Of a stretch of 64,000 nt of DNA, positions 1-12,627 are shown in pieces (the stretch's first letter is position 1; each line of letters opens with the position of its first letter). Source of the DNA: Chiloscyllium plagiosum (taxonomy: Eukaryota); assembly GCF_004010195.1 (NCBI RefSeq), contig NC_057758.1:1734490-1798489 (forward strand), written 5' to 3'. The notes beneath the pieces are model-generated. The model made no database searches. It worked only from the letters and a program-made list of their open reading frames with translations, and was not told where the DNA came from. The position numbers and the translations under genes are program-made.

Positions 1-59
1 CAAGTTCCAAAGTTCCGTACATTTTAAGACAGACATTTCCACATGTTCCTGTTATTTTA

Positions 60-1100
60 GATAATATTGACATTACAATTCTTACACATTAAGCTGTCGC
101 TTTAATTTCGTACAGTATTCAAACTTCAAAGTGCTCCCTGCTATTTTTGAAATTATTCCGATTTCTAAATGTCCATCTTATGTTCTATTGTGTAGGAGAC
201 ATTTTCAATAGTAATGTTAAGTGCTGTGTTCAGCAGCAAAATTTGAACTTTATTTGGAGCTCCTGACCAACGCAGTGTGGGAGAGACCAGTGTACACAGG
301 CTGTAAGACATTCCCCCTCCGCTTCCAATAAAGAATGGTATATGTACATAGTCCGCGTTACAAATCTTATATGCAAAATTGACGTCAGCTCTTGCCACTT
401 CCCCTCTATACGTTATGCGCCTGTCCAAACACTTACTAGCTGTATCGTACTATGGGTGCAGTTTGATCATTTTCCGGATGTGATAACGACTATGTAATAT
501 TACAGTATTGTCTCCTTACAACGCTGTTGTCCTCTAATGCTCTTTCACGAAGTTATCTGCTAATACCCCCCATTTTTCGTCATTCTGTCCATGATTTATT
601 CTACTGGTCAAATGCCCTCCAGTCATACTTGTATACATCATTTGTCATTCAGTATCCCTTTGCTGATGGTCTGCGAACATTTCTCTGTTATCTATATCTA
701 TTGGTCGAAAGGAATTCAGCTAGTTCCGTAACGTTTGTTCATTAGTTGCACTTGCAATATCAAAACACTTACGTTTATAATATGCAACGACAATTAATCA
801 AAAACATTTGAATATGTTGGGACCAGTATTTTCCTTCTTCAGTTAACGAAGTAACAACTTTTCTTTTTCCCACTGGAATTTCCTTGAGGCACTTTATGAA
901 CTTACCTGATTGTCATGGGCATGAAGCCAAGTTTCTAACTGTGGAAATTACTGTATCCGATAACAATTCTCTTCAGCCAGAGGAAGCTTCACCGGACTGT
1001 GTTCCCGCTTCTGAACGCCATTGTTGTTTTGGACAATGCACATGGTTATTTCGGACAGCATCCACACTTCCACATGTCCATGCTATTTTGGATTGCATTC
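60..1100 (-). pseudogene. Possible decayed multi-Ig-domain (IgSF, CEACAM-like) pseudogene
   Basis: A continuous minus frame from 515 reads GDNTVILH[S]RYHIRKMIKLHP[*]YDTASKCLDRRITYRGEVARADVN, then after a 1-nt shift LHIRFVTRTMYIYH[S]LLE. Ser, stop and Ser lie at the Ig Cys/Trp/Cys positions, each one substitution away. Flanking Ig-like fragments: CIVQN..SPVKL, SLHIINVS..YC.ATNEQ, IRWTF..STLKF. Confidence 0.4.
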
Positions 1101-2239
1101 ACAATTCTGCTCCGTTGGACAGGACCTTCAGCTGTGACTACCCATCTCCTACACTTCTCCCTTCACCCCTTCCCCTCTTTTTTCAAATAAATAATGCATT
1201 GATACCGCAGTACGTGTAAAACTTGCATATCTAAAATAAAAAAAAAATCTACGCATGTTGAAGATCAGGAACAAAAGCTCGACTAATCAAATTCTCTAGA
1301 ATTGAAATATCAGCTGGTTTCTTCTCACAGATGCTATCAGACTTGCTGAATTCCATGAGACATTTTTCTCCTTCCAAGTCTAATTTACCGTTCATGTCAT
1401 GTGCAAAACCTGGAGGCATTTTTGACTTCAGTACACAAATCCAAACAACTTGTGCTTCTCCTTACTGTTTCTAAGCTCTACCAAAACTTATTGTGTGCAA
1501 TCTGAGCTGTGGTATGCTTATTGGTAAATTAGGGCAAGATATTTATCGATGTCTATCCTGACGTTCAGATCATCTTTCTGCCTCCATTTCATTCATCTCA
1601 AGAGGAATAATGAGATTTTCTGTCAAAGTCCCCAACTTTGGCGGAGTGGAGAATGACAATGACCACTGCCATGATGTGTATTCCTCGAGATGTGAGGAAT
1701 TGCTCTATTATAAGTGGCAAATTCGGAGCAGGCAGGTATGCTTTTGTTCTGTCACGAGGTCCACACAGTTTCCGATGGAAGAAAAAGACCTGTTTGTTCA
1801 GCTACCCATCCAGGAGCATCCATAATCATGCCCACAGCGCGAGATAGCAGAGATCGTGGGAAGTTCGATCTTTGTGCAAATAACGTATGTTCAGAATAGC
1901 AAAGATCAGAAACAAACATATCCCATGATAAAAGATGAAAGCTTTAATCTAAAACTGTTTATTGTATCACATTTCAATGACAATGGCCTTCTTTTTCTAT
2001 AAATTCTGTGAGCATGACCTTAACCTCTACAAGCACCTGATGACTGAGTTGTGCTCCGAACGCTAGTTGTTCCATATAAACTTGGAATCAAACGTGTGAT
2101 TTTTAACTATGTTCGGATTGATTACTTTCCTATCTGCCTTTTCTGAAGCATTTTCCCCTTTCCCATTATAAGTTTTAGTGCGCATTTTGTATGATTAAGA
2201 ATGAGTCTGAAATCGACACAATCCCTGAATGACATCGGA

Positions 2240-3605
2240 TATTGATACTTGGAAGAATTTGCGAATCCATGATCAAGGACTTGATAGCGCAGCATTTAGA
2301 AAGCAGTGGCAAGATTGGACAGAGTGAGCACAGGTTTGTGAAGGGGAAATCATGCTTGACAAATCAGTTGGAAGTCTATGAAGGTGTAACTGGTAGAGTT
2401 GACAAGGAGGAGTCAGTTCCATGTGGTGCATTTGGACTAGCAGAAAACATTTGACAAAGTCAAGAGTTTATGGTGCAAGAGTAAAGAACATGGGATTGGG
2501 GGAGTATATTGACATGTGTAGAAATCTAGTTTGTAGAGAGGAAACAAAGAATAGGAATTCAAATTGGCAGGCAGTAAACTGATGGAGTGGCACAAGAATC
2601 AGTGCCGGAACCACAGCTATTCACAACGTGTACTAATGATTTAGATGTGGGAAAAGTAACAATTCAAAGATTGCAGAATATGCCAAGTCTGGTGGGAGAG
2701 TGAAAAGTGATGAGAATGCGGAATTCCTTCAGCAGGATATGAACACTTTGGTTGAACGTGTAAATCAGTTGCAGATGCAGCATAACTTGGATGAATGTGA
2801 GGTTATTCATTTTGGAAGCAAAAACAAAAAGTGAGATAACAACCTGATTGGCTGTAAAGTGGAAGTGGAAATGGTGTCGAGGGACTTGGATTCCTTGTGC
2901 ACCAGTTACTGCAGGTAAGTGTGCAGGTGCAGCAGGCAGTACACAAGGCGAGTGGTATGTTGGCCTTCATTGCAAGAATTTTCAAGTACAGAAGCAGAGA
3001 TGTGTTCTTGCAGTTATACAGGGCCTCGAATACTTTGTGCAGTGTTTGTCTTCTTTTCTGACGAAGGATGCGCTTGTGTTCTGTCGACTGCACTAAATGT
3101 TTACCAGACTGATTCCGGGGATGGCAGAATGCATTCAACTTTTTGGCATCAACTACTTCTGAGGAAAGATTAACTTGGATAGGATTGATTTCACTGTTCC
3201 AACGACTGAGGGTAGAATTTCACTGAAACTTTAAAAATTCTAACTGGACTAGACAGGGTATATGGAGAGAGGAGGTTAGCTGCAGTGGCTACATGTAGAA
3301 GCAGGGGACACAAGCTGATTTTTTTGTGTTAGCACATTTAGTACGGAGAAAAGGGGACATTTCTTCACCCAAAGACTGTTGTGCCCGTGGAATTCATTAC
3401 GATCAGAAGTAGTTGATGCCAAAAAGTTGAATGTATTCAGGTGAAGGCAAGATACAGTACTTGTGGTGAATAGGATGAAAGGTTATGAGGTAAAAAGCAG
3501 GGTTGAGCTAGTGATTTGGACGTTCAGCCACGATAGTGATGAATGGCTGAGCAGGCCCGAAGGGCTGAATGTCCTCGCCCTTCTCCTAACTTCTATATTT
3601 CTATG
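2240..3605 (+). mobile_element. 5'-truncated, degenerate CR1 LINE (RT and 3' end)
   Basis: GKSCLTNQLE RT motif, CR1-like C-terminal region, tail ttctatatttctatg. Confidence 0.85.
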
Positions 3606-4254
3606 ATGGGCAACGTCTCAGGAACCATCACCACCATACTGCATATATCCTGTCTCACCGGAAGAACAGGCCCACCATGAGTGGTGGCACTATTGCATAC
3701 ATTTGGGAAATAATTTATCTTGGGATTCCACATTATTCATTTCACAAACAAAAGAAAAGTCGTGTTAACCGGTAAAGGACAGTCCATGAATTATCCTGCT
3801 GATGGATGCCTGCAGCCCTACCCACGACTCCTCATTAATAAATCAGTAATCGTCAAAGATGAAAGCAAAATGATGAATATAGTGAGGGTCAAGCATTTAG
3901 ACAAAGTAACATTGATTGATATTGCAATATCCATTGCCAAGTGTGTCTCCACAGGACAACCACGGACTGGGCAGGCTGAGGCATAAAAGACCAAGACTAT
4001 TGAAAATAATGAGTGACCAGCACACAATCCTGACAGAGATGAAGTCCCATTCATTGTAAAGTTAGTTCCCATTGAGTTACATGTTGCTACATCTGGCGAA
4101 GTAGGGCATATGTATCGAGGATCAAGCAAATAAAAACAGGACACCTATGAGGCACCGTGGGCCGTCAGCAGGAGCAGAACTGCAGTCAACTGCAGTCATT
4201 TAATTCTGAGATTTGGTGGATTTTCGTCTCTAACAAGATGCCAATCTGGAATTT

Positions 4255-6820
4255 CTTTCTGATGTAGCTGTCAAGGCAACGAGACATGGATAGACCAGGG
4301 ACAAGAATGATTACTGCAGGTTCCAGGGCCTTTATATCTCAGCAAGAACAGGTAATGAGGTTAAAGAGGGGGAGGTGTGGCAGTCTTAGTGAAGGACAGC
4401 ACTACGTGGCAGAAAGGACGTTTGAGGAAACATCTACTGAGGTAGTATGGGCTAAGGATAGAAACAGCGAAGGAAAGGTCACCCATTGGGAGTTTTCTAC
4501 AGACCTCGGAATAGTTCCAGAGATGCAGAGGAAAAGATAGCAAAGATAATTCTGGATAGAAGCGACAGCAGCAGAGTGGGGGGCGGGCTTTAATTTGCCA
4601 AATATCACTTGGAAATACTATAGTCCGAGTACTTTAAATATGTCAGTTATTTTTGTCCAATGTGTGCATGCCGGTTTTCTGTCACAGTGTGTAGGCAGGT
4701 CAACAAGGCGCGAGGCTGCAATGGATTTGATACTGGGTAATGAATCAGGACAGGTGTCAGATTTGGGGTTAGGTGAGAACTTTGGTGTTGGAGACCACAA
4801 TTCAGTTATGTTCAGTTTATCGATGGAAAGGGATAGTTATATAATGCAGGGCAAGAGGCATAGCTGGGGAAATGCAATTATGAATGATTTGGAAAGGATT
4901 AGGATGAATAGGAAGGGGGCGGGGAACTGCAGGGGATGGGCAGAATTTAATTGTGAAGCTTGTTCAAGGTACAGCTAATGCAAGTCATGGATAGGTATGT
5001 ACCTGTCAGGTAGATTGCAAGGGTTCGAGCGAGGGAGCCGTTGTTTACTAAACAAGTTGAAACTCATCATGAGGAATAAGAAGGCTCAGTTCGGGTAAGG
5101 ATGAGACGTGAAGGCTCAGTTCGGGTAATTGAGAGTTATACGTTAGCCAGGAAGGACCCGAAGAGACAACTAAGAATAGCTAGGAGTGGACATGGCAGCT
5201 ACGTCCAATGAAAACTCTAAAGCTTTCTTTCGATATGTCACGAATACAAGATGGACTAGAGTAAGTTTAGGTGCAATCAGGAACAATCCTGGAAAGTTGT
5301 GCCTGGAGTCAGAGAAGATAGGAGAAGTGCTTAATGAATATTTTTCTTCAGTATTCACACTGGAAAAATACGTTTTTGTCGAGGAGAGGCTACTAGACTA
5401 GATGGGATTGAGTTTCACAAAAAAACGAGGTGTTAGTAATTCTGAAAATTGTGAAAATAAATAAGTCACCTAGGGCGGATGGTAATTATCTTAGGAGTCT
5501 CTGGAAAGCCAGGGAGTACATTGCAGAACCTTTGCCTTTGACCTGTATGTAGTTATTGTCTACAGGAACAGTGCTAGAATTCTGGAGGATCGCAAATATT
5601 GTTCCTTTCATCAAGAAGGGGAGTAGAGGCAACCCTGATAGTTTTATAGCAGTGAGCGTTACTTCGTTTGTATGTGAAGTCTTGGAAAAGTTGTCAAGAG
5701 AAATGACTTATAATCATATAGGAAGGAATACGTTTATTAGAGGTAGGCAATACGGTATTGTGAAGGCTAGGTAGTGCCTTACAAGCCTTATTGAGTTCTT
5801 TGAGGAGGTGACCAAGCTGGTGGATGAGGGTCAAGCGGTTAGTATGGTGCATATGGATTTCAGTAAGTGTTTGATAGGGTTCCCCACGGTCGGCTATTGC
5901 ACAAAATACGGAGGTATGGGATTGAGAATGATTTGCTGGTTTGGATCAGATATTGGCGAGCTGAAATAAGATGGAGGATGGTGATTGATGGGAGATGTGC
6001 ATTGTGAAGTTCAGTTACTAGTGGTGTACTGCAAGGATCTGTTTCACGACAAATGCTGTTTGTCATTTTTTAAATAAACGACCTGGATGGGTACGGAGAA
6101 GGTTGAGTTGCTAACGTGCAGAGGACACTAAGATCGATGGAGTTGTGGATAGTGCCAAAGGATGTTGCAGGTTACAAAAGGACATAGATAGACTGCAGAG
6201 CTGGTCTAAGAGGTGGCAAATGAAGTTTAATGCAGAAAAGTGTGAAGTGATTCACATTAGAAGGAGCAACAGGAATACAGAGTATTGGAATAATCGTTCG
6301 ATTCTTGGTTTCAATGATGAGCAGAGAGATCTTGGTGACAATGTGCATAGATCCCTGAAAATTGCCACCAAGGTTGGTGGGGTTGCTGAGAAGTTGTCTA
6401 AAATGTCTCAATTAATTCACCTCTCAACCTTCTTGTCTCTAACGAAAACTGCCTCACGTCCGTCAGCCTTTCCTGGTAAGACAATCAGAGCGTGAGGAAA
6501 GTTTATCTGTGAAAGCCTTTTTCCTCGGATGATTGTGGCTCACACGAGGGAGCATTGTTTTGAAGTGAGAGATGAAAGATACAGGACAGATGTCAGACAT
6601 AGTTTCTTTACTCAGAGGGTAGTAGGGGTGTGGAATGCCCAGCCTGCAACAGAAAAAATCTTGGCAAAATTACGGGTATTTAAATGGTCATTGGATAAAC
6701 ATATGGATGAAAGTTGAATAGTTTACCTTCGATGGGCTTCAGATTGTTTTCACAGGCCGACGCATCATTGAGGGTCGCGGGCTTGTAATGCGATGTCATG
6801 TTTAATGTTCGAAGTTTTAT
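4255..6820 (+). mobile_element. Degenerate CR1 LINE ORF2 (endonuclease, RT, 3' UTR)
   Basis: MDLILGNE..GDHNSV (APE endonuclease), WRIANIVPF.KKGSR, WQMKFNAEKCEVIH and FFTQRVVGVWN; many stops and frameshifts. Confidence 0.92.
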
Positions 6821-7539
6821 GGTCTTGCAATCGTACTGTCTATAGATTTTTTTATCTTGCTGTATATTCATTGACATCTTTGTTCATGCAAGTGATAATA
6901 TTAGTACTTCTGAAATGCATGGCGAAGTGAAACAAAGAATGCTGCAAACATTAGCAGGCCTGAAGGTATTTGTGGAGAGCTATTAAGGTCCAGTACACCT
7001 TGTTCAGCAGAATTCTGTTCGGGGAATTTGACCTCATTGAGACAATTGTGGAACACCGTGAAAGAATGAGCACTGTTTCAAATAAAAGCAACGTTTCAAT
7101 TTGCACTTTAAGAAAGGTGTCAGATATCCATTCTTTGATTACAGACCCACAGCAATGCATTTAATTCTGAACTCGGAGCCATGAGGTCATATCACACCTC
7201 TACAAAACGCTGGTGTGACCACACTTGGAGTGTTGTGTGCACTTCTGGTCGCAACATTATAGGAAGGATGTGGATTGCATGGGATAACTCTGGAGTAATT
7301 TGGTCAAGTCTGTGGGGAAAACGCGACAGATTTAGATAGAGGATCTGGATTATCACAGGCTTGTTGCGCCGAAGGGCCTGTTCCTGCACTGTATTTTTCT
7401 TCGTTCTTTGCTCACCCAGCCAATGACACGTACATGTTTTGAATGAGTTCTTTTTTCAAACTTCTGTGTAACGAGATAAACAGAAATACTCGATGAGGAG
7501 TATCTGTGGACTTTAATCACCGTAATGAATGAATGGCTC

Positions 7540-8898
7540 CAGTTGCAATTAGAGTTATGGAGAATCCAAAGGGTTTTAAACAAATACATTAAGGACAAAA
7601 GGGTAACAATGGAGAGAATGGGGACCCCCAAAGGTCAGCAAAGTGGCCTTTGTCTGAAGCCGCAGGAGTTGGATGTTTACGGTGGAAAAGGACATGGAAG
7701 ATGTAGAATGTTGGGAAATAGATGGTGACATCTTGAATCATGTGCATATAACAGAGGAGGAAATGCTGGGTGTCTTGAATCGCATCAAAGTGGATAAATC
7801 ACCAGCACCTGATCAGGAAGTAATTGCAGGGCTTCTTGCTGAGATATTTTTATTATCGTTAGTCACAGGTGTGGTGCCAGAAGACTAGAGGTTGGCTAAC
7901 GTGGTGCCACTATTTAGGAAATGTGGTAAGACAAGCCAGGGAACTATAGATCACTGAACCTGACGTAAGTAGTGGGCAAGATGGAGTAAATCCTGAGGGA
8001 TAGGTTGTACATGTATTTGGAAAGGCAAGGACTGATTAGGGATAGTCAACATGGCTTTGTGCGCTGGAAATCATGTCTCACAAACTTGATTGAATTTTTT
8101 GAAGAAGTACCAAAGAGGATTGATGAAAGCAGATCGGTAGACGTAATCTAGACTGTCTTCAGTAAAGTGTTTGACAGGTTCCTGACGGGAGATTGGTTAG
8201 AAAGGTGAGATATCATGGAATGCATGGAGATCTAGATATTTGGTACAGAACTGGCTCAAAGGTAAAAGACAGAGGGTGCTGATGAAGGGTTGCTTTTCAG
8301 ATTGTAGGCCTGTGACCAGTGGAGTGCCACAAGCATCGGTGTTGGGTCCACTACTTTTTGTCATTTATATAAATGATTTGGATGTGAGCTTAAGATGTAT
8401 AGTTAGTAAGTTTTCAGATGACACCAAAATTGGACAGAGAAGAAGTTTACCTCAGATTACAACCGGACATTGATCAGATGAGCCAATGGACTGAGGAGTG
8501 GCAGGTGGAGTTCAGCAGAGATAAATGCGAGGTGTTGCATTTTGGGAAAGCAAATCTTTGCAGGAATAATACTCTTAATGGTAAGGTGCTGGGAAGTGTT
8601 GCTGAACACAGAGACCTTGGAGTGCAGTTTCACAGGTCCTTGAAAGTGGAGTTGCAGTTAGTTAGAATAGAGAAGAAGGCTTTTGGTATGCTTTGCTTTA
8701 TTGGTCAGAGTATTGAGTACAGGTGCTGGGAGGTCATACTGCAGCTGGTCAGGACGTTGGTTAAGCCAATTTTGGAATATTGTATGCACTTCTGTTCTCC
8801 TTCCTATCGGCAGGTTGCTGTGAAATTTGAAAGGTGTCAGAAATGATTTCCAACCATATTGCCAGGGTGGAAGGGTTTGAGCTAAAGGGAGAGGTTGA
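7540..8898 (+). mobile_element. Degenerate CR1 LINE ORF2 fragment
   Basis: VTSGVPQASVLGPLLFVIYINDLD..KFSDDTK RT core; cut off at about 8899 by an opposite-strand CR1. Confidence 0.92.
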
Positions 8899-10409
8899 AT
8901 AGAACATAGAACATAGAACATAGAACATAGAACAATACAGCACAGAATAGGCTCTTCGGCCCACGTTGTTGTGCCGAACATTTGTCCTAGCTTAAGCACC
9001 CATCCATGAACCTATCCAATTGCCGCTTAAAGGTCACCAATCATTCTGACTCTGCACTCGCACAGGCAGCGCATTCCATACCCCCACCACTCTCTGGGTA
9101 AAGATCCCACCCCTGACATCTCCCCTATACCTTCCACCCTTCACCTTAAATTTATGTCCCCTTGTAACACTCTGTTGTACCCGGGGAAAAACTTTCTGAC
9201 TGTCTACTCTATCTATTTCTCTGATNNNNNNNNNNNNNNNNNNNNNNNNNNNNNNNNNNNNNNNNNNNNNNNNNNNNNNNNNNNNNNNNNNNNNNNNNNN
9301 NNNNNNNNNNNNNNNNNNNNNNNNNNNNNNNACGCTAATACACTATAGGCCTTCTTACAAGCTCTCGCCACCTGAGTGGCAACTTTCAAAGACCTATGAA
9401 CATAGACCCCAAGATCCCTCTGTTCCTCCACCTTACTAAGAACCCTACCCGTTAACCCTGTATCCGCATTCTTATTTGTCTTTCCAAAATGGACAACCTC
9501 ACACTTGGCAGGGTTGAACTCCATCTGCCACTCCTCAGCCCAGCTCTGCATCATATCTAAGTCCCTTTGCAGCCGACAACAGCCCTCCTCACTATCCACA
9601 ACTGCACCAATCTTCGTATCGTCTGCAAATTTACTGACCCACCCTTCGACTCCCTCATCCAAGTCATTAATAAAACTTACAAACAGCAGAGGACCCAGAA
9701 CTGATCCCTGCGGAACTCCACTTGTAACTGGGCTCCAGGCTGAATATCCCTCCACTTCTCTGTCTGAACCCTGTTTCCTCAACCTTATGTAAGCCTCCTT
9801 CTTCCTCTTTACAAGACATTAAACGTCCCTCGTCAACCAAGGTTCCCTCACACGACCATCTCTTTCCTGCCTGACAGGTACATACATATCAAGGACACGT
9901 CGTATCTGTTCCTTGAAAAAGTTCCACATTTCCCCGACATCCTTCCCTGACAGCCTATGCTCCCAACTTATGCTCCTCAGATCTTGTCTTACAGCATCAT
10001 ATTTACCCTTGCCCCAATTGTAAAACCTACCCTATTGCACGCACCTATCTCTCTCCATAACCAAGGTGAAAGTCACCGAATTGTGGTCAACATCACCAAA
10101 ATGTTCACCCACGAACAAGCCCAGCACTTGTCCCGGTTCGTTACCAAGTACCAAATCCAATATGGCCTCCCCTCTGATCGGACAATCTACATACTGAGTT
10201 AGAAAAGCTTCCTGGACACACTGCACAAACACCGCCCCATCCAATCTACTTGATCAATAAGAGTTTCCAATCAATATTTGGGAAGTTGAAATCGCCCATG
10301 ACTACTAACCTGTGGCTTCTGCACCTTTCCAAAATCTGCCTCCCAATCTGTTTCTCCTCATCTCTGCTGCTATTGAGGGGCCTTTAGTAAACACCCAACA
10401 AGGTGACTG
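8899..10409 (-). mobile_element. Younger CR1 LINE with internal deletion and gaps
   Basis: (ATGTTCT)n tail (agaacat x4 on +) at about 8901-8933; SGVPQGSVLGPLLF..KFADDTK; endonuclease LDLVLGNEPGQ. It jumps from RT to the tether region near 9755. Confidence 0.95.
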
Positions 10410-10909
10410 NNNNNNNNNNNNNNNNNNNNNNNNNNNNNNNNNNNNNNNNNNNNNNNNNNNNNNNNNNNNNNNNNNNNNNNNNNNNNNNNNNNNNNNNNNN
10501 NNNNNNNNNNNNNNNNNNNNNNNNNNNNNNNNNNNNNNNNNNNNNNNNNNNNNNNNNNNNNNNNNNNNNNNNNNNNNNNNNNNNNNNNNNNNNNNNNNNN
10601 NNNNNNNNNNNNNNNNNNNNNNNNNNNNNNNNNNNNNNNNNNNNNNNNNNNNNNNNNNNNNNNNNNNNNNNNNNNNNNNNNNNNNNNNNNNNNNNNNNNN
10701 NNNNNNNNNNNNNNNNNNNNNNNNNNNNNNNNNNNNNNNNNNNNNNNNNNNNNNNNNNNNNNNNNNNNNNNNNNNNNNNNNNNNNNNNNNNNNNNNNNNN
10801 NNNNNNNNNNNNNNNNNNNNNNNNNNNNNNNNNNNNNNNNNNNNNNNNNNNNNNNNNNNNNNNNNNNNNNNNNNNNNNNNNNNNNNNNNNNNNNNNNNNN
10901 NNNNNNNNN
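10410..10909. other. Assembly gap (other gaps at 9226-9331 and 21627-22461)
   Basis: Runs of N. Confidence 1.
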
Positions 10910-11169
10910 AGGCTTTTTTTTAACTCTCCACGGATTGTGCAAGAAATAATTGAATTTCTCCATGCACATTCTGTTTGCATTACAATAATTTGCATCACTT
11001 TGATTTTTTTTGCAAAGTTTCTGGTGATGCTCCTTTTAGGTTGCAGTTTACTCATATCCCTTAAAACACTTACTTTGAGCTCTTAATGGAACTATACCAA
11101 CCTTAGCTCAGAGCGTTATTCGTCATTTATTTCACAACACAAGCAGAGAAAATTTCGTAAAAGTACTTT

Positions 11170-11482
11170 TAGATTAGATTAGATTACAGTGTGGAAACAG
11201 GCCCTTCGGCCCAACAAGTCCACACGGACCTGCCGAAGCGTAACCCACCCATACCCCTACATTTACCCCTTACCTAACACTACGGGCAATTTAGCATGGC
11301 CAATTCACCTGACCTGCACATCTTTGGATTGTGGGAGGAAACCGGAGCACCCGGAGGAAACCCACGCAGACACGGGGAGAACGTGAAAACTCCACACAGT
11401 CAGTCGCCTGAGGTGGGAATTGAACCCGGGTCTCTGGCGCTGTGACGCAGCAGAGCTAACCACTGTGCCACCGTGCCGCCCA
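11170..11482 (-). mobile_element. HE1-like V-SINE (tRNA-derived)
   Basis: On the minus strand: GGGCGGCACGGTGGCACAGTGG (A box), GTTCAATTCC (B box), V-domain core TCTCCCCGTGTCTGCGTGGGTTTCCTCCGGGTGCTCCGG, CR1-like 3' end and (TAATC)n tail. Confidence 0.92.
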
Positions 11483-12627
11483 CAAACATTCTAAACACGG
11501 AACGCTGTACTCCAAACGTTAACCGTTTCCACTATTTACAAATGCTGCCATTCATGATGAGTCCCTCGACAATTTTACATTTTCATAATGTTCCGTAAGA
11601 TGTCGTTGCAGAAATCACATTTGGTAAGAGTATGCAGGTTTAATGTGTGTGAAACTCCCAATTTTAAGAAATGACTAAGACAAAAGAAGTGACGAGTGCC
11701 TTCAATTGACTGCATGTGGGCTATTCCCTCCACAGGACATCAGTCGCTTGAAAAGAATCCTACTAAACTTCTCATTGATCGGCTTTCTCTCATAATGTGC
11801 CCATTAATAAAATAATCTGATGCTGCGTCTAACAGAATTGACAAGGCATATACACACAATGTACTGCTGCTTAGAACTGAAAATATCTTGACTAATGGTT
11901 TCAAATTCCAGTTTCAAATATTTCAAAGGATCTCAGTGTCTGTGCTGGAAAGCTTTCTTTCTCAGATTGTACTCAACTCCATTATCATAACATTAATTGG
12001 GGCTCTGAATGCAGGGTGCACTATATTTGCTGGAGTCCTTTGTATTTACTCAAAAAAGAAATCAGAAAACCGAAATCCCTACTCACATCAAAAGTGCTAC
12101 GAAAGTCTAAGATGTACCAATACAGAAATGAGTAATGTTTGATTTGACCAAAAACCAGAATGTTTTCTGACGGAGAAAGACGTGAAGCTAAACCTTTATT
12201 GGGAAGAACATTTGCTCAGCTGGATTCATTTTATGGACTTACGGTGAACTTACTTCCAACGTTAATACCTGCAGAAATCTTTGTGTTTAAAAAAAAACTT
12301 CCAAAGAATCTCTCATTTCTGTGGCGATACATTTAAGGTATGTGAACTAATCTCTGTAACAACATATATTTGTTAGTTTGATAACGCCGAATCTCACAGC
12401 AATTGTCAAGCAAAGCTTGAGAAAAAATAACAGAGAGAATATTAAAATGCTACACTTCCTGCAGTTCACCTATTCAGCATTTTTTTTTATTCTCACAGTT
12501 TTAGAACTCTGGAGTCCATTAAGGGTTCAATTCTCAATTGCAATACATCGGACAGTTCATGACATGAAAAAGACAATAGAGTAAAGGGCATCTAAAAGAC
12601 CCAGGCGGTGTAAAACGTGATGTAGAC

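Noticed and set aside
10312..11086. Long ORFs of about 200 aa (also 21609-22538)
   Set aside because: Artefacts of N runs translated as X.
11400..11482. tRNA-like A/B boxes as tRNA genes (all SINE heads)
   Set aside because: Continuous with the V-domain and LINE-like tail; these are SINE promoters, not tRNA genes.
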